DNA of 63,982 bases, filler included, from Asterionella formosa (taxonomy: Eukaryota): the NCBI GenBank assembly GCA_002256025.1. It is 5 parts of 5 records of this genome, joined end to end, with 100 filler letters (N's around TTAATTAATTAA, not from the genome) between each part and the next. Parts side by side here need not be neighbours in the genome. Positions count along the whole stretch, not along the records: positions 38,467 to 51,181 come from NKIB01007254.1; 4 more parts are not named here. One strand, 5' to 3'. This document shows positions 38,467-48,905 of the stretch, in pieces. How positions within the stretch are numbered: the first letter of the stretch is position 1; each line of letters begins with the position of its first letter. Position numbers and translations under genes: made by a program. Under the pieces are notes generated by a model. The model saw nothing but the letters and a program-made list of their open reading frames with translations. It made no database searches and had not been told where the DNA came from.

Positions 38467-39300
38467 TTTTTTCTTCCTTCTAACGTTAAGTTTAACATTG
38501 TCAGCAAAAACGGATGCTCGGAATGTTTCATTTGTTTATCAATAGGTGAACCATCACTGAAAACTGCTAGGGCAACAAATAAACACCCTGTCTTCAACAC
38601 TCCATTTTCTGATGCAGGAGAATTGTTGAATGCATTTTCAAACCAAGTCGCAGAAGTTACTTCGTCATATATGCGTTCTCCACAAGTTGTAAGTTTCACT
38701 TGTGGGTGACATACAAAATGTTGCATGATATCGGAATCACATAGCAATCCTGCCATGAGCTGTACTGGTTCGAAATAATGGAGTGTGCGTGGGATGATCA
38801 TATTTGAATTGTTATCAATCTTTATTTGTTTGGTCAACAGTTGAACACCAGCTTATGTTGGTGGAAATGAAATATCCATGCGTTTTTTCAAAGTCTGGTA
38901 GGATGGAGCTTGATACCTTCCATCAAAATATTTCATTGCTTTTGCCTTGAATAGCCATTTCATTAGATGATCAAAGTAAACTGGTGGTGGAAGATAATTC
39001 TCGTTGAGGAATAACATGAGTTCTAATTTGATTGGATGCATGTTCAGAGAATGTTTACTTGGAAGTTGAAATTGAGGAGGAAGGGGCATTTCCATTGCAT
39101 TTTCAGGGAGAAAGCCGGTGCGATCTTGAAAATCTGAATATTGCATGGTTTCTGAATTCAACCCTTGGAGAGGAGGTTTTAGTCTCAATTGTTCGTCCTG
39201 TTGTGACTGAATATTGTTATAAACTGAATCGTCGCTGTCGTCATGAAGTGGATGATTGTGGTCACTTGATTCAAGGATAGGACACATAATCTCTTCTTGT
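38467..39300 (-). pseudogene. Plavaka-like transposase remnant
   Basis: RIYDEVTSATWFENAF...ALAVFSDGSPIDK....EHPFLLTMLNL resembles the Plavaka Y.E..T..WW...I...D.T..D...P...T..N block. Confidence 0.55.
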
Positions 39301-39509
39301 CTAATCTCCCTAAATGCTGCAGCAGTTACAATGCCATCATTAACTTCTTTCCTTGAATGATTCGATGCACTACCGCAATACATAGTTTCACTATGTATTC
39401 CAGGAACTCGATGTTCTTGCATGCAATGTCGACAGTGACCATATGCATAAAAAACCCATCATAGTCATGCAATGTGCACATAGAGTAGAATACGGGAGTG
39501 CCTTGGTAT

Positions 39510-39900
39510 TGGTTGGCTAAATTATGAGCAGACAAGACCCGGGTAAAATGGACTCTGCCATGACGGACATTTTCTTGCAAAGCCTGCGTTTTTGTAGCAA
39601 TATGACGGATTAATTTACCCGCATGCGCAATGATTTGTGCAGCAGAATTGTCTTCTCCAATGGAAATAGCATCATGATAAGGAATTGACATTTCCTCCAT
39701 GTAAATGCGTAGCCACAAAACATGTTTAGATAAGGTGGTGGCTGCATCAAGTTCTGCTTCAGTAGTATTGTATGCTGTTGTACTTTGTTTGCGGCACAAT
39801 GTAATTACTGCAGTATCATTAATCATAATGACACCACCAGAATATGCCAACCGGTCAAATATGGCACCTCCAAAGTTAGCATCTGCATAGCCTTTGGTGG
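39510..39900 (-). pseudogene. Ty1/copia RNase H fragment
   Basis: GYADANFGG...SGGVI...RKQSTTAYNTTEAEL...EDNSAA...RHI...NLAN. Confidence 0.85.
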
Positions 39901-40019
39901 TAGGTGCTATTCCAAGAAGAGGTTTGCTGATATTAGAGAAATGTTTCTGTTCTTGAAGCGTGGATGATAATGAGGTAGATACTGATGGAGTGGTACCGTC
40001 CTTGCCTTGTTCCCAGTCT

Positions 40020-41044
40020 ACGACAGTGGCCACCTCCTACGCACCGCCAACGCCTCCCCCCCTTACCCCCCTTAACGCCTCTAAAGATGACCATTCCTGG
40101 CAGTTTAGTCACCGCCCAGCACATCACATCCGCTTTGCGGGCCTCTGCCACCACACTAGGACCCTCTCTGGGTTTCTTACCATCAGACGTCAGCGCCTGC
40201 TCCCTCTGGGATGGCGGCGCCATGGCCCTCCTCTGTGCCTTTGTCGACTCCGACCGCATTCGCCTTATTGGCCGATGGCGCTCCTACGAAATGCTCCGGT
40301 ACCTCCATCTTCAGGCCCAGCCCGTCATGCGCGGTCTGGCCCAAAAAATGCTTACTGGCAGCATGTACACCCTCCTCCCTGGGCAGGACGTGCCCGCCGC
40401 CTTTCCAAACCTCGTACCCAACCCATAGACCTCGCTCACTGTCCCAGTTTCATCCTTCTCCCACCCCATTTCCGCCGGTGGCTGTGTAGGGCTCAACATT
40501 TGCCCCTTGGCAAATTTAGAAGTAACGGTTCCCCGAGGGACCCCAGTAAATAGCCGTTACCACCACCACATGTAACAATGGTACCGGTATAGGAGTGAAT
40601 GACTAGTCTAGGCGGCTAGTGCCGCCGTAGACTGGGAAGGCAAGGACGGTACCAGCAGGTACGTAAAAACAACCTGTGGTACAAACCACCGGTGAACACA
40701 TCACCCCCAAAATTCTGCAATTCTGCTGGTTGTTGAATCGGAACCCTCATAATTCCTTGAATCGCAATCCTGCCATTCAACTGGTGAAACCAAAACGGAG
40801 ACCCCCATAGTCTCCCCCTCCTTGGATATAGCGATCAGGCCATCCCACTGGAGGCACTGATCAATCCTCACCCGAATTAGCTCGGAAACCCACCCAGGCC
40901 CACCCTGGCTCAACATTTGCCCCTTGGCAAATTTAGAAGTAACGGTTCCCCGAGGGACCCCAGTAAATAGCCGTTACCACCACCACATGTAACAATGGTA
41001 TAGGAGTGAATGACTACTGGTAGTCTAGGCAGCTAGTGCCGCCG
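40020..41044 (+). mobile_element. 3' end of a tyrosine-recombinase (Ngaro/DIRS-order) retrotransposon
   Basis: YR C-terminus ITSALR...SACSLWDGGAMAL...IRLIGRWRSYEMLRYLH, followed by direct repeats at 40490..40627 and 40907..41044. Confidence 0.75.
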
Positions 41045-41170
41045 ATAATACCAGTACGTAGTTGACTGCTCTATTTGTATTATGGCTGTGGTGAATACTG
41101 TATACAGTGTACCTGGTACCAGATGGTAAATTAATTAATACTCGGAGTATCATGATATAATTGTTCGCTC

Positions 41171-42664
41171 ATGGCTTATCTTCTGACTGATGAAAATCCG
41201 ACAAAACTCATACCGTCCTTATTTCCACACAAAACGAAATGGATCTTTGCTGAAATGGTCGACGAATCAACTCCTCTTTTCCCCTCTCTTTCGAAGGCGG
41301 GTACCATGATCATCGCAATTCCATCGTCCTGGCACGACTGGCTGATGATACTTAACCCCATGTATCTTCCTCGTCGCTTATCAGTGTTGAAATTCAGGCT
41401 CCGCATCACCGCGGAGCTTTATATTCTCGTGCCGCTCATGAAGCTCTATAATTCCATCATAGGCTCGCTGTTGCCAACTCCAGTTGTGCCCTGGTATTAC
41501 GACCCTGAAAACCACGTGGACGACGCCATTATTGAACCCAACCTCATGCTGCTCTCCAAGCGCCTGCAGGCAGACTTTTACACCAACAAGTACGGTGCCT
41601 ACCTTCGCCGCTCCCTTGGGTTCATGAGTCGGGTCATGCCGTCCTATATTCGAGGCATCACTGCCATGCCACACAACGAGTCGTCGCTCTATAACTACAT
41701 CGCCACCACGTCCCTCTCTTTCTCCTGTGCTCCGGATGGCCTGACTCTGGACCTTACCATCTTCAATCGCGTGCCAGAGAGTCCTGATCGCAAGAATCCG
41801 GTCTTGCCTGGATACATCTTCAAGTTGGACCACACCAATCGAAAGGCGTACGTCTTTGAAGGAGAGGATTCCGTACCGCCCAGCACTCCGAATGTCACGA
41901 CAGTGGTGAGCACTGCCCTTCTGGCCTACACACACTCGTTCATTCACTTCCATTTTCCCACCTCAATGGCATTGTTTGCCGATAAACTCATGCACGACCC
42001 CGTCAAACAAGGAAGCCGACTGGCGAAGCTGTTGGACACACACACGAGATTCACGTTGGTGATCAACTTTGCTGGACACAATTCGTTCTTCCCGGTCCAG
42101 AAACAGGATTCTTCCTTTCCTCATTGTTTCTCCATTACGCAGCACGACTTTGCGTTTTTGAACATTGCCCGTACTCAGCATTACTACTACCTGACTGGGG
42201 AAAATCAGTGTGGTAGCTTCGTGACTCCTTCTTGTCAGTACAAGGACATGTATGACTTTGATGATCGATTTGTCTTTCATCGGGTTGTCAAGATGTATTA
42301 CCCGTACATCGACAAATACGTTCGAGAATATGGTGTGGAATCTGATCTATTGGAAGAATTTGTTGCCTTCTTGAAAGAAGCTGTGCCCTCGATCGAAATC
42401 AAGGACCCCATGACAATGTTGGTGACATTGATTTGGCAAGTATCTGTGTTTCATTCTCTTGATCACTTTGCGATTTTCCAGCAGAGGGAGTACATGGCCT
42501 TTGGAAATCCCAAGGATCCCTGGAATGTGGCAGCTTCCCGTTACACCTTGGAAACATATGTCGACCCATTTGCGTCTCCAAACAAAGGTGAATACTTGCA
42601 CCATCATCTTGATATTGTCGGGTTGCCCAACTGGGACGGTATCGTTAGTTCCATTTCTTTCTAG
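41171..42664 (+). CDS. Divergent lipoxygenase-like protein (catalytic domain only), intronless
   Basis: Motifs occur in LOX order: THSFIHFH (metal His pair), LAKLLDTHTRFTLVIN (cf. KLL.PH.R.TL.IN), LIWQVSVFHSLDHF (cf. IF..S..HAAVNF) and C-terminus IVSSISF-stop (cf. IPNSISI). Confidence 0.7.
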   Translation: MAYLLTDENPTKLIPSLFPHKTKWIFAEMVDESTPLFPSLSKAGTMIIAIPSSWHDWLMILNPMYLPRRLSVLKFRLRITAELYILVPLMKLYNSIIGSLLPTPVVPWYYDPENHVDDAIIEPNLMLLSKRLQADFYTNKYGAYLRRSLGFMSRVMPSYIRGITAMPHNESSLYNYIATTSLSFSCAPDGLTLDLTIFNRVPESPDRKNPVLPGYIFKLDHTNRKAYVFEGEDSVPPSTPNVTTVVSTALLAYTHSFIHFHFPTSMALFADKLMHDPVKQGSRLAKLLDTHTRFTLVINFAGHNSFFPVQKQDSSFPHCFSITQHDFAFLNIARTQHYYYLTGENQCGSFVTPSCQYKDMYDFDDRFVFHRVVKMYYPYIDKYVREYGVESDLLEEFVAFLKEAVPSIEIKDPMTMLVTLIWQVSVFHSLDHFAIFQQREYMAFGNPKDPWNVAASRYTLETYVDPFASPNKGEYLHHHLDIVGLPNWDGIVSSISF

Positions 42665-42687
42665 TGTGCAATTTCTTGAACCAATTT

Positions 42688-45600
42688 TGTGAGATATCTG
42701 ATGGGTTTCCGGGTTATGATTTTGAATTCAATTTGTAACTTGCCACCGATTTACCTTCTTGGTGTTCGTGATGGACATTTGAGGTTCATCTGTGGGTCTC
42801 CTTCAGGGTATTCTGATGGCGATTGGACTATCATCTGTAATGGGCCTTTTGTGCGATGTATGCACTCATCATTCCTGAATATCTGAAGGCTCATGGGTCT
42901 TCGTTTTACGCCATTGTATTGGCGAGTATTTGCCTGGTTTGGGTTATTCTAGATAAGGCAAAATACTTGTTACGATCATATAATTAAAATTAGACTTATT
43001 TCCCTGTGTCTACTGTCTTACTGATTATAACAAACTAGGTTTATTTACGGATATTTGTCGGTTTCCCACACGCTTCCCCTGTGCAAAACGACAATCGTCG
43101 TAAGAAGACTTCCGTCCAACATTCTCCGTCAATCCAATCGACTTTGTGGACTTGATCCCAACATGGCTCAAGCAATCAATGCCCCCTCGGGTTTTTGTTT
43201 TCGCCCTTACACCTGCTATTGCAAACCCAGACCCTGTCGATTACAACACCAGTGAGGGAATGAAACTCTACAAGTCTGCCACGGAGAAACTTCATCACAC
43301 CTTCGACGGTGAGACAGGCAGTCTCCGCCTCTTCCTTCAAGCCTTGCAGCAGAGAGCGGATGCATTCGGATGGGAGTTCATCCTCACTGTTCCAGATGAG
43401 CAGAACATTGGACGCAACTTGATTACAGAGTATGGTCGTGTATCCATGGCAAATGTAATTGCTCACGCAACCACCCATGTGCATACTCAGACGCATGACG
43501 CACAGAACAGTGCCCAGCTTTTCACATGCATCTATGACTCTTTGTCCCTTGAGGCATTGCTCAAGGTGTCTACGGACTCATCTACATATCGACTTGCATC
43601 TCCCAACGCCCCTACATATGTCGTTGCCAGCAGAGCCGCCTTCCTCAAGCTACTTATTACAAGGTGTACAGTTGATACTCAATCTACTGTCGCAACTATT
43701 CGCCGCACTCTAAGTGCGCTTGACCAGTACATCCTGTCCGTAAATTGCGACGTTGAAAAATTCAACCTACATGTGCGCATTTACAGTGCGATGCCTTGTT
43801 GTCTCGTGGTGAAACATCGTCTGACCTCTTGACCAATCTATTTACGGCATACGAGGCCGTGGAAGACGAGGTTTTTCATGACTATATGGTTGGACAGCAG
43901 GACCAGTATCATGATGGGCGAGTGGATTTTGATGCTGACTCCCTAATGGACCTTGCCCTCAATAAATTTAAGATGCTTGTGGAGTCTAAGAGGTGGAATC
44001 TACCTTCTGCTCAGGATGTCAGATTGGAGGCTCAAATTGTTGCACTCACGGCCAAATTGGAATATTTCAAGGCCAACCGAAATGTCACTCCTATCGGCAA
44101 GAAAGAAAAGGAGAAAGCTAGAAAGGCTAAGCTCGCCAAGAAATGGGCCTGGAAATTGGTTCCCCTAAGGAAAATGACCCCAAAACGAAGACTGTGGACA
44201 CCAAGGAATATCATTGTTGTATCCACCATGCTTCATGGACAGTGCATACAGCAAAGGAGTGTAATCTAAATTCTAATGCAACACCTGTGACCAATAAGCC
44301 AGTGAAGAAACCCGTCAAGGACAAATCGGCTGATGCGATTACCCTCTCCAACGCTTTGGCCAGTATCATGGAGACGCAGGATGATGATGACGATTCGAAC
44401 CAGAGGGAGGACGATGTTTCAGTCACGGGCTAGAAAATGGGCCGGAGAATGATGACCATTTTAAGTAGCTTATTTAGCTATGGGTTATATCAATATATTC
44501 TCTGTGGGCCGGTTTTTGTGACTCTCGTGTCGGATTACCTTTCTATGTCATCGGAAGCATGCCTATGGTGCATATGGTTTCTTGTGATCTTTGTGAGCAC
44601 CCCCTTTATGCGCTCTGCATCATCTAGTCAGTACATACCAAAGCGAAAACGTTCCAAGATTCCACTATATGCTTACGCTGGGTTACAATATGGTATAGGC
44701 ATTTTCGAAGCCATGCTACGAAAGATGGAATTCTCTCTGGCCTGATCATCAAAACGGTGCCAATCTCGCCATGGACAATCATGGGTTTATGTGGGCGAAA
44801 AATGGAAGGTGCCTCATAAAATGCGCCCGACCATGATGCGGGCCTACATAGCAACGTCACACCCTCCTATGGGATACAGTATGTCTACCACCTATCAAGG
44901 TTGCTCAGTCACACCACGACCATTTGACTCTGACAGTTATCTACTAATGATTGACAATTGCTGTTCTAAATGCGTCACCAATTGTCGCACCGACTTTGTA
45001 GGTACCCCTACTCCGGTAAGAGCCCAAATAAGTGGCGTGGGAGGCCCCATAGCTACCGGTTCTACTGAAGGGAACGGTTAAGTGGAAAATAGAAGATGAT
45101 ACGGGACGTGTTCACATTTTTCGTATTCCTGGGACATTTTATGCGCCCAAGGCCCCATTTAGGATGTTATCACCCCAACACTGGAGCAAAGAAATTAATC
45201 GTGGTCGGATTGGAACTAAGGGAGCATGGTGCACTACCTAGCTATGAAGATAGGGTGACCTTGTGCTGGGACAATAATCTCTATGTTTGAAATGTCAAGC
45301 TGGATCCAGCTACAAATGTAGCTACGTTGCTAACTGCCCCAGGGACTAACTGATATCAAATATATGAGGCGATTCTCAAAACGCAAGTAGAGTTCAAAAC
45401 AGAGCTTAGGTGTTTTAAACTAAACACTGTTCCTGACAATAAGTGCATCTGGTCTGATGGTCAGGCAACGGAGCAAGATTCAACACTCCCTTATGACTTT
45501 GATGAAAATGCGGAACTCATGTGGAAAGAACAAAAGCCAACAACAGTTCCTAAGTTTCCGATGACCACGGCTGAGAAACAACAGAGAAGTCTCACGACTA

Positions 45601-48513
45601 CTACTGACCAGCCCGGATTCGATCTTTTCCATGATACCGATGCCCGACCCATCGAGATTGAAGAACAGGATGCCATGACTTCTACTGCCCAACTTTTGCG
45701 AGTCCATTACCAGCTGGGACATCTTCCTTTCAAGCAGATTCGCTGCATGGCGGGAACTGGTTTTCTGCCGAAGAGCCTCCTTCAGGGAAGAATCCCAAAA
45801 TGCGCTGCTTGCATGTATGGCAAGGCCACTTGCCGAGCGTGGCGATCCAAGGCCCCACCGGGCAAGGTGGGAGGAGACCTGCCTGCATTCCCCGGAAAAT
45901 GCGTGTCAGTCGATCAAATGCAGTCGCCCGCACCCGGCCTTATTGCGCAACTGAAGGGAGTTCCGACTACTCAAAGGTATACTGCGGCGACGATTTTTGT
46001 GGATCACTTCAGCAGGTTGTCATATGTCCACCTGCAGAGGTCCTTGACATCAGACAATACGGTCCGAGCGAAGAGGGCGTTCGAGCGCTATCGCGCATCG
46101 CATGGTGTGAGGGTATTGCACTATCATGCCGACAATGGCCGATTTGCGGATACCCTCTTCCTTCGCGACATTGATGAGCAACGACAGGAGATTTCGTATT
46201 GTGGGATGAATGCCCACTTCCAAAATGGAGTGGCGGAGAAGATAATCCTTGATCTACAAGATATGACTCGTACTGCCCTCCTGCATGCCTTGGCGAGGTG
46301 CCCAAGCGCCATATCAAATTGTCTGTGGCCATATGCGCTGCGTATGACCAATGACGCCCTGATCAGCTCCCCAAGGCGGTTGGATGGGCGATCAGCTGTG
46401 AGCGTCTTCTCACGTGCCGACGTGTCCCCAAAACTCAGTACATTTCGCCCATGATGGACGATCCTATCGCTTTTGCGGCCAAGACGTCCAATCCTGATAC
46501 GTTGCAAGCCGACCAGGCCCTGCGGGAACCCGACCGAAAACAGTTTATTGCGGCTATGGAGGCCGAGGTGATGGCTCACCACAACAATCATCACTGGAAG
46601 GTGTTGCCTAAGTCTGCGGTTCCCTATGGGACCAAAATACTACCATGTGCGTGGGCTATGAAGCGCAAACCTCGCATACTAGCCTCAAGGGAGGTTTATA
46701 AATGGAAGGCTAGACTAAATCTACATGGTGGCAAGCAGGAATATGGCGTGAACTATTGGGAAACTTATGCAGCAACCCTTTCATGGCCACCCATCCGCTT
46801 TATGCTGATCCTGTCCCTCATGCATGGGTGGAGTACATGCCAGATAGACTTTACACTTGCTTATCCACAAGCAGATGTGGAATGTGACATGGAAATTCCT
46901 CATGGTTTCAATATGCCTGAGGGGGGTAGGTCTGATCATTGTTTGAAGATATTGAAGAACATTTATGGACAAAAACAGGCTGGGCGAACATGGTCTAAGC
47001 ACTTGACAAAAGGCTTATTGTCTATTGGATTTGTTCAAAGTGAGGCTGATGAATGCATCTACTATAGGGGTACGACTGTATTTATGGTATATGTGGATGA
47101 CAGTATCTTCATAAGTCCGGATGCCTGCCTAATCGATGAGTGTATTGAACTCATGTGGGCTATTTTTAACTTGACGGATGAAGGGGACATTTCGGACTAC
47201 CTGGGGATCCAGGTATCCATATCTGAGGATGCTGCTACTATCACCTTGACTCAACCCCATCTCATTGCTTCTATAGCCGATGATATTGGCTTTACCAACA
47301 AGACCAAATCTAAGGGAGTTCCGGCATCACCCACCGTTATTCTGCAGCGGGATCTCACGGGTGAAGATTTTGCTGAACACTGGTCATATCGATCCATCAT
47401 TGGAAAGCTCAATTTTCTGGAGAAATCCACTCGTCCTGACATAGCATACGCTGTGCACCAATGTGCCCGTTTTTCGGCTAACCCAAAGGCATCCCATGCT
47501 GCGGCGGTCCGTAACATCGTTCGCTACTTGATAGGGACGCCTGCGCAAGGAATCGTGCTACAGCCTAATGAGCACTCTTTCGTGGTGTGGGCGGATGCTG
47601 ATTTTTGCGGAAATTAGAACAGAGACACGAGCGTGATTGATATGATGACAGCCAAGTCTCTATCCGGATATGCGATTACTTACGCATCCTGTCCGGTGTT
47701 GTGGGCATCAAAGTTGCAGACCGAGATGGCGCTGTCCACCACTGAGGCAGAATATGTGTGCCTCAGCCAATCTCTTCGGGACACCATTCCGCTTATGAAT
47801 TTGCTGGCTGAGGTCAGGGACAAGCTTGATAAGGATGTGATATCAGTTCCAGCTGTCCGCTGCACCTTGTTTGAGGATAATTCCGGGGCATTGGAGTTAG
47901 CCCGCACTCCCAAGATGCGCCCCCGCACCAAACACATCAACATTAAATACCATCACTTTCGTGATCATGTGCAGTGCAAGCTCATCAGCATTGAGCACGT
48001 TGCGACTGAAGACCAGGTGGCTGATATTTTTACCAAGCCACTCCCTGTGGTGGCATTCTTGCGTCATCGCAAGTCGTTGCAACGCTGGTGACCTGTGAAT
48101 CTGTGAAAGTTGTCTCCTCGAATAAGGGAGTGTGAGATATCTGATGGGTTTCCGGGTTATGATTTTGAATTCAATTTGTAACTTGCCACCGATTTACCTT
48201 CTTGGTGTTCGTGATGGACATTTGAGGTTCATCTGTGGGTCTCCTTCAGGGTGTTCTGATGGCGATTGGACTATCGTCTGTAATGGGCCTTTTGTGCGAT
48301 GTATGCACTCATCATTCCTGAATATCTGAAGGCTCATGGGTCTTCGTTTTACGCCATTGTATTGGCGAGTATTTGCCTGGCTTGGGTTATTCTAGATAAG
48401 GCAAAATACTTGTTACGATCATATAATTAAAATTAGACTTATTTCCCTGTGTCTACTGTCTTACTGATTATAACAAACTAGGTTAATTTACGGATATTCG
48501 TCGGTTTCCCTTA
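42688..48513 (+). mobile_element. Full-length but defective Ty1/copia (CoDi-like) LTR retrotransposon
   Basis: 383-bp LTRs at 42688..43070 and 48131..48513, with about 7 differences by eye. 5-bp TSD AATTT at 42683..42687 and 48514..48518. Polypurine tract AAGGGAG. Domain order gag, protease (IDNCCS), integrase (H..LGH..C..C, VSVD, HADNG, QNGVAE), RT (YVDD), RNase H (ADAD, TTEAEY, EDNSG). Frameshifts, stops and an apparent deletion near 46450. Confidence 0.95.
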
Positions 48514-48660
48514 AATTTGGTTTACATACTAACGTTTTCGTGTTCTGTACACCAGTTATAATGCCAGGCACTTTTATAATATATGCAGAGAATAATGCTG
48601 TAGGAGTGCAAATTTAAGTAACAGTGCTGGCTGGCACAAGCTTAATATATGTAGCAAGTA

Positions 48661-48905
48661 GGGGAGTGGCTTGGTGGTTAGCACACCTGATGCGGTGGCA
48701 GGTTCGATTCCTGCATTCTCCACCTGTCTTTTTCATGTACCGGTAGTCACTAGGGTTCCGGGCTGTGCGGCTGACGAAAAGACAGGTCCCGTTGTACCGT
48801 ACGGACGAATAAAACCGGTACTAATTGTGTCCATTTATTCATTTATTTGGGCACGAGTGCGATTATAGGATAGCTTTAGCGTACTATAAGATTTGATTGA
48901 TAATT
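48661..48905 (+). mobile_element. Complete tRNA-derived SINE with TSD
   Basis: tRNA-like head: GGGGAGT/ATTCTCC acceptor stem, A-box-like GTGGCTTGGTGG and T-arm GCAGG-TTCGATT-CCTGC (B box), with a shortened anticodon arm. Flanked by the direct repeat TTAATATATGTAGCAAGTA (48642..48660 and 48906..48924). Second copy at 25371..25553. Confidence 0.88.

Noticed and set aside
39326..40033. 235-aa ORF as a real gene
   Set aside because: Chimeric read-through across a copia RNase H fragment and flanking element remnants.
48661..48724. Functional tRNA gene
   Set aside because: The anticodon arm is truncated, and the sequence is the head of a TSD-flanked repeat (SINE).
48750..48820. Hammerhead ribozyme in the SINE body (CTGACGA / CTGAAGA...GAAA)
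   Set aside because: No stem II directly after CUGANGA, and GAAA is not conserved in this copy.
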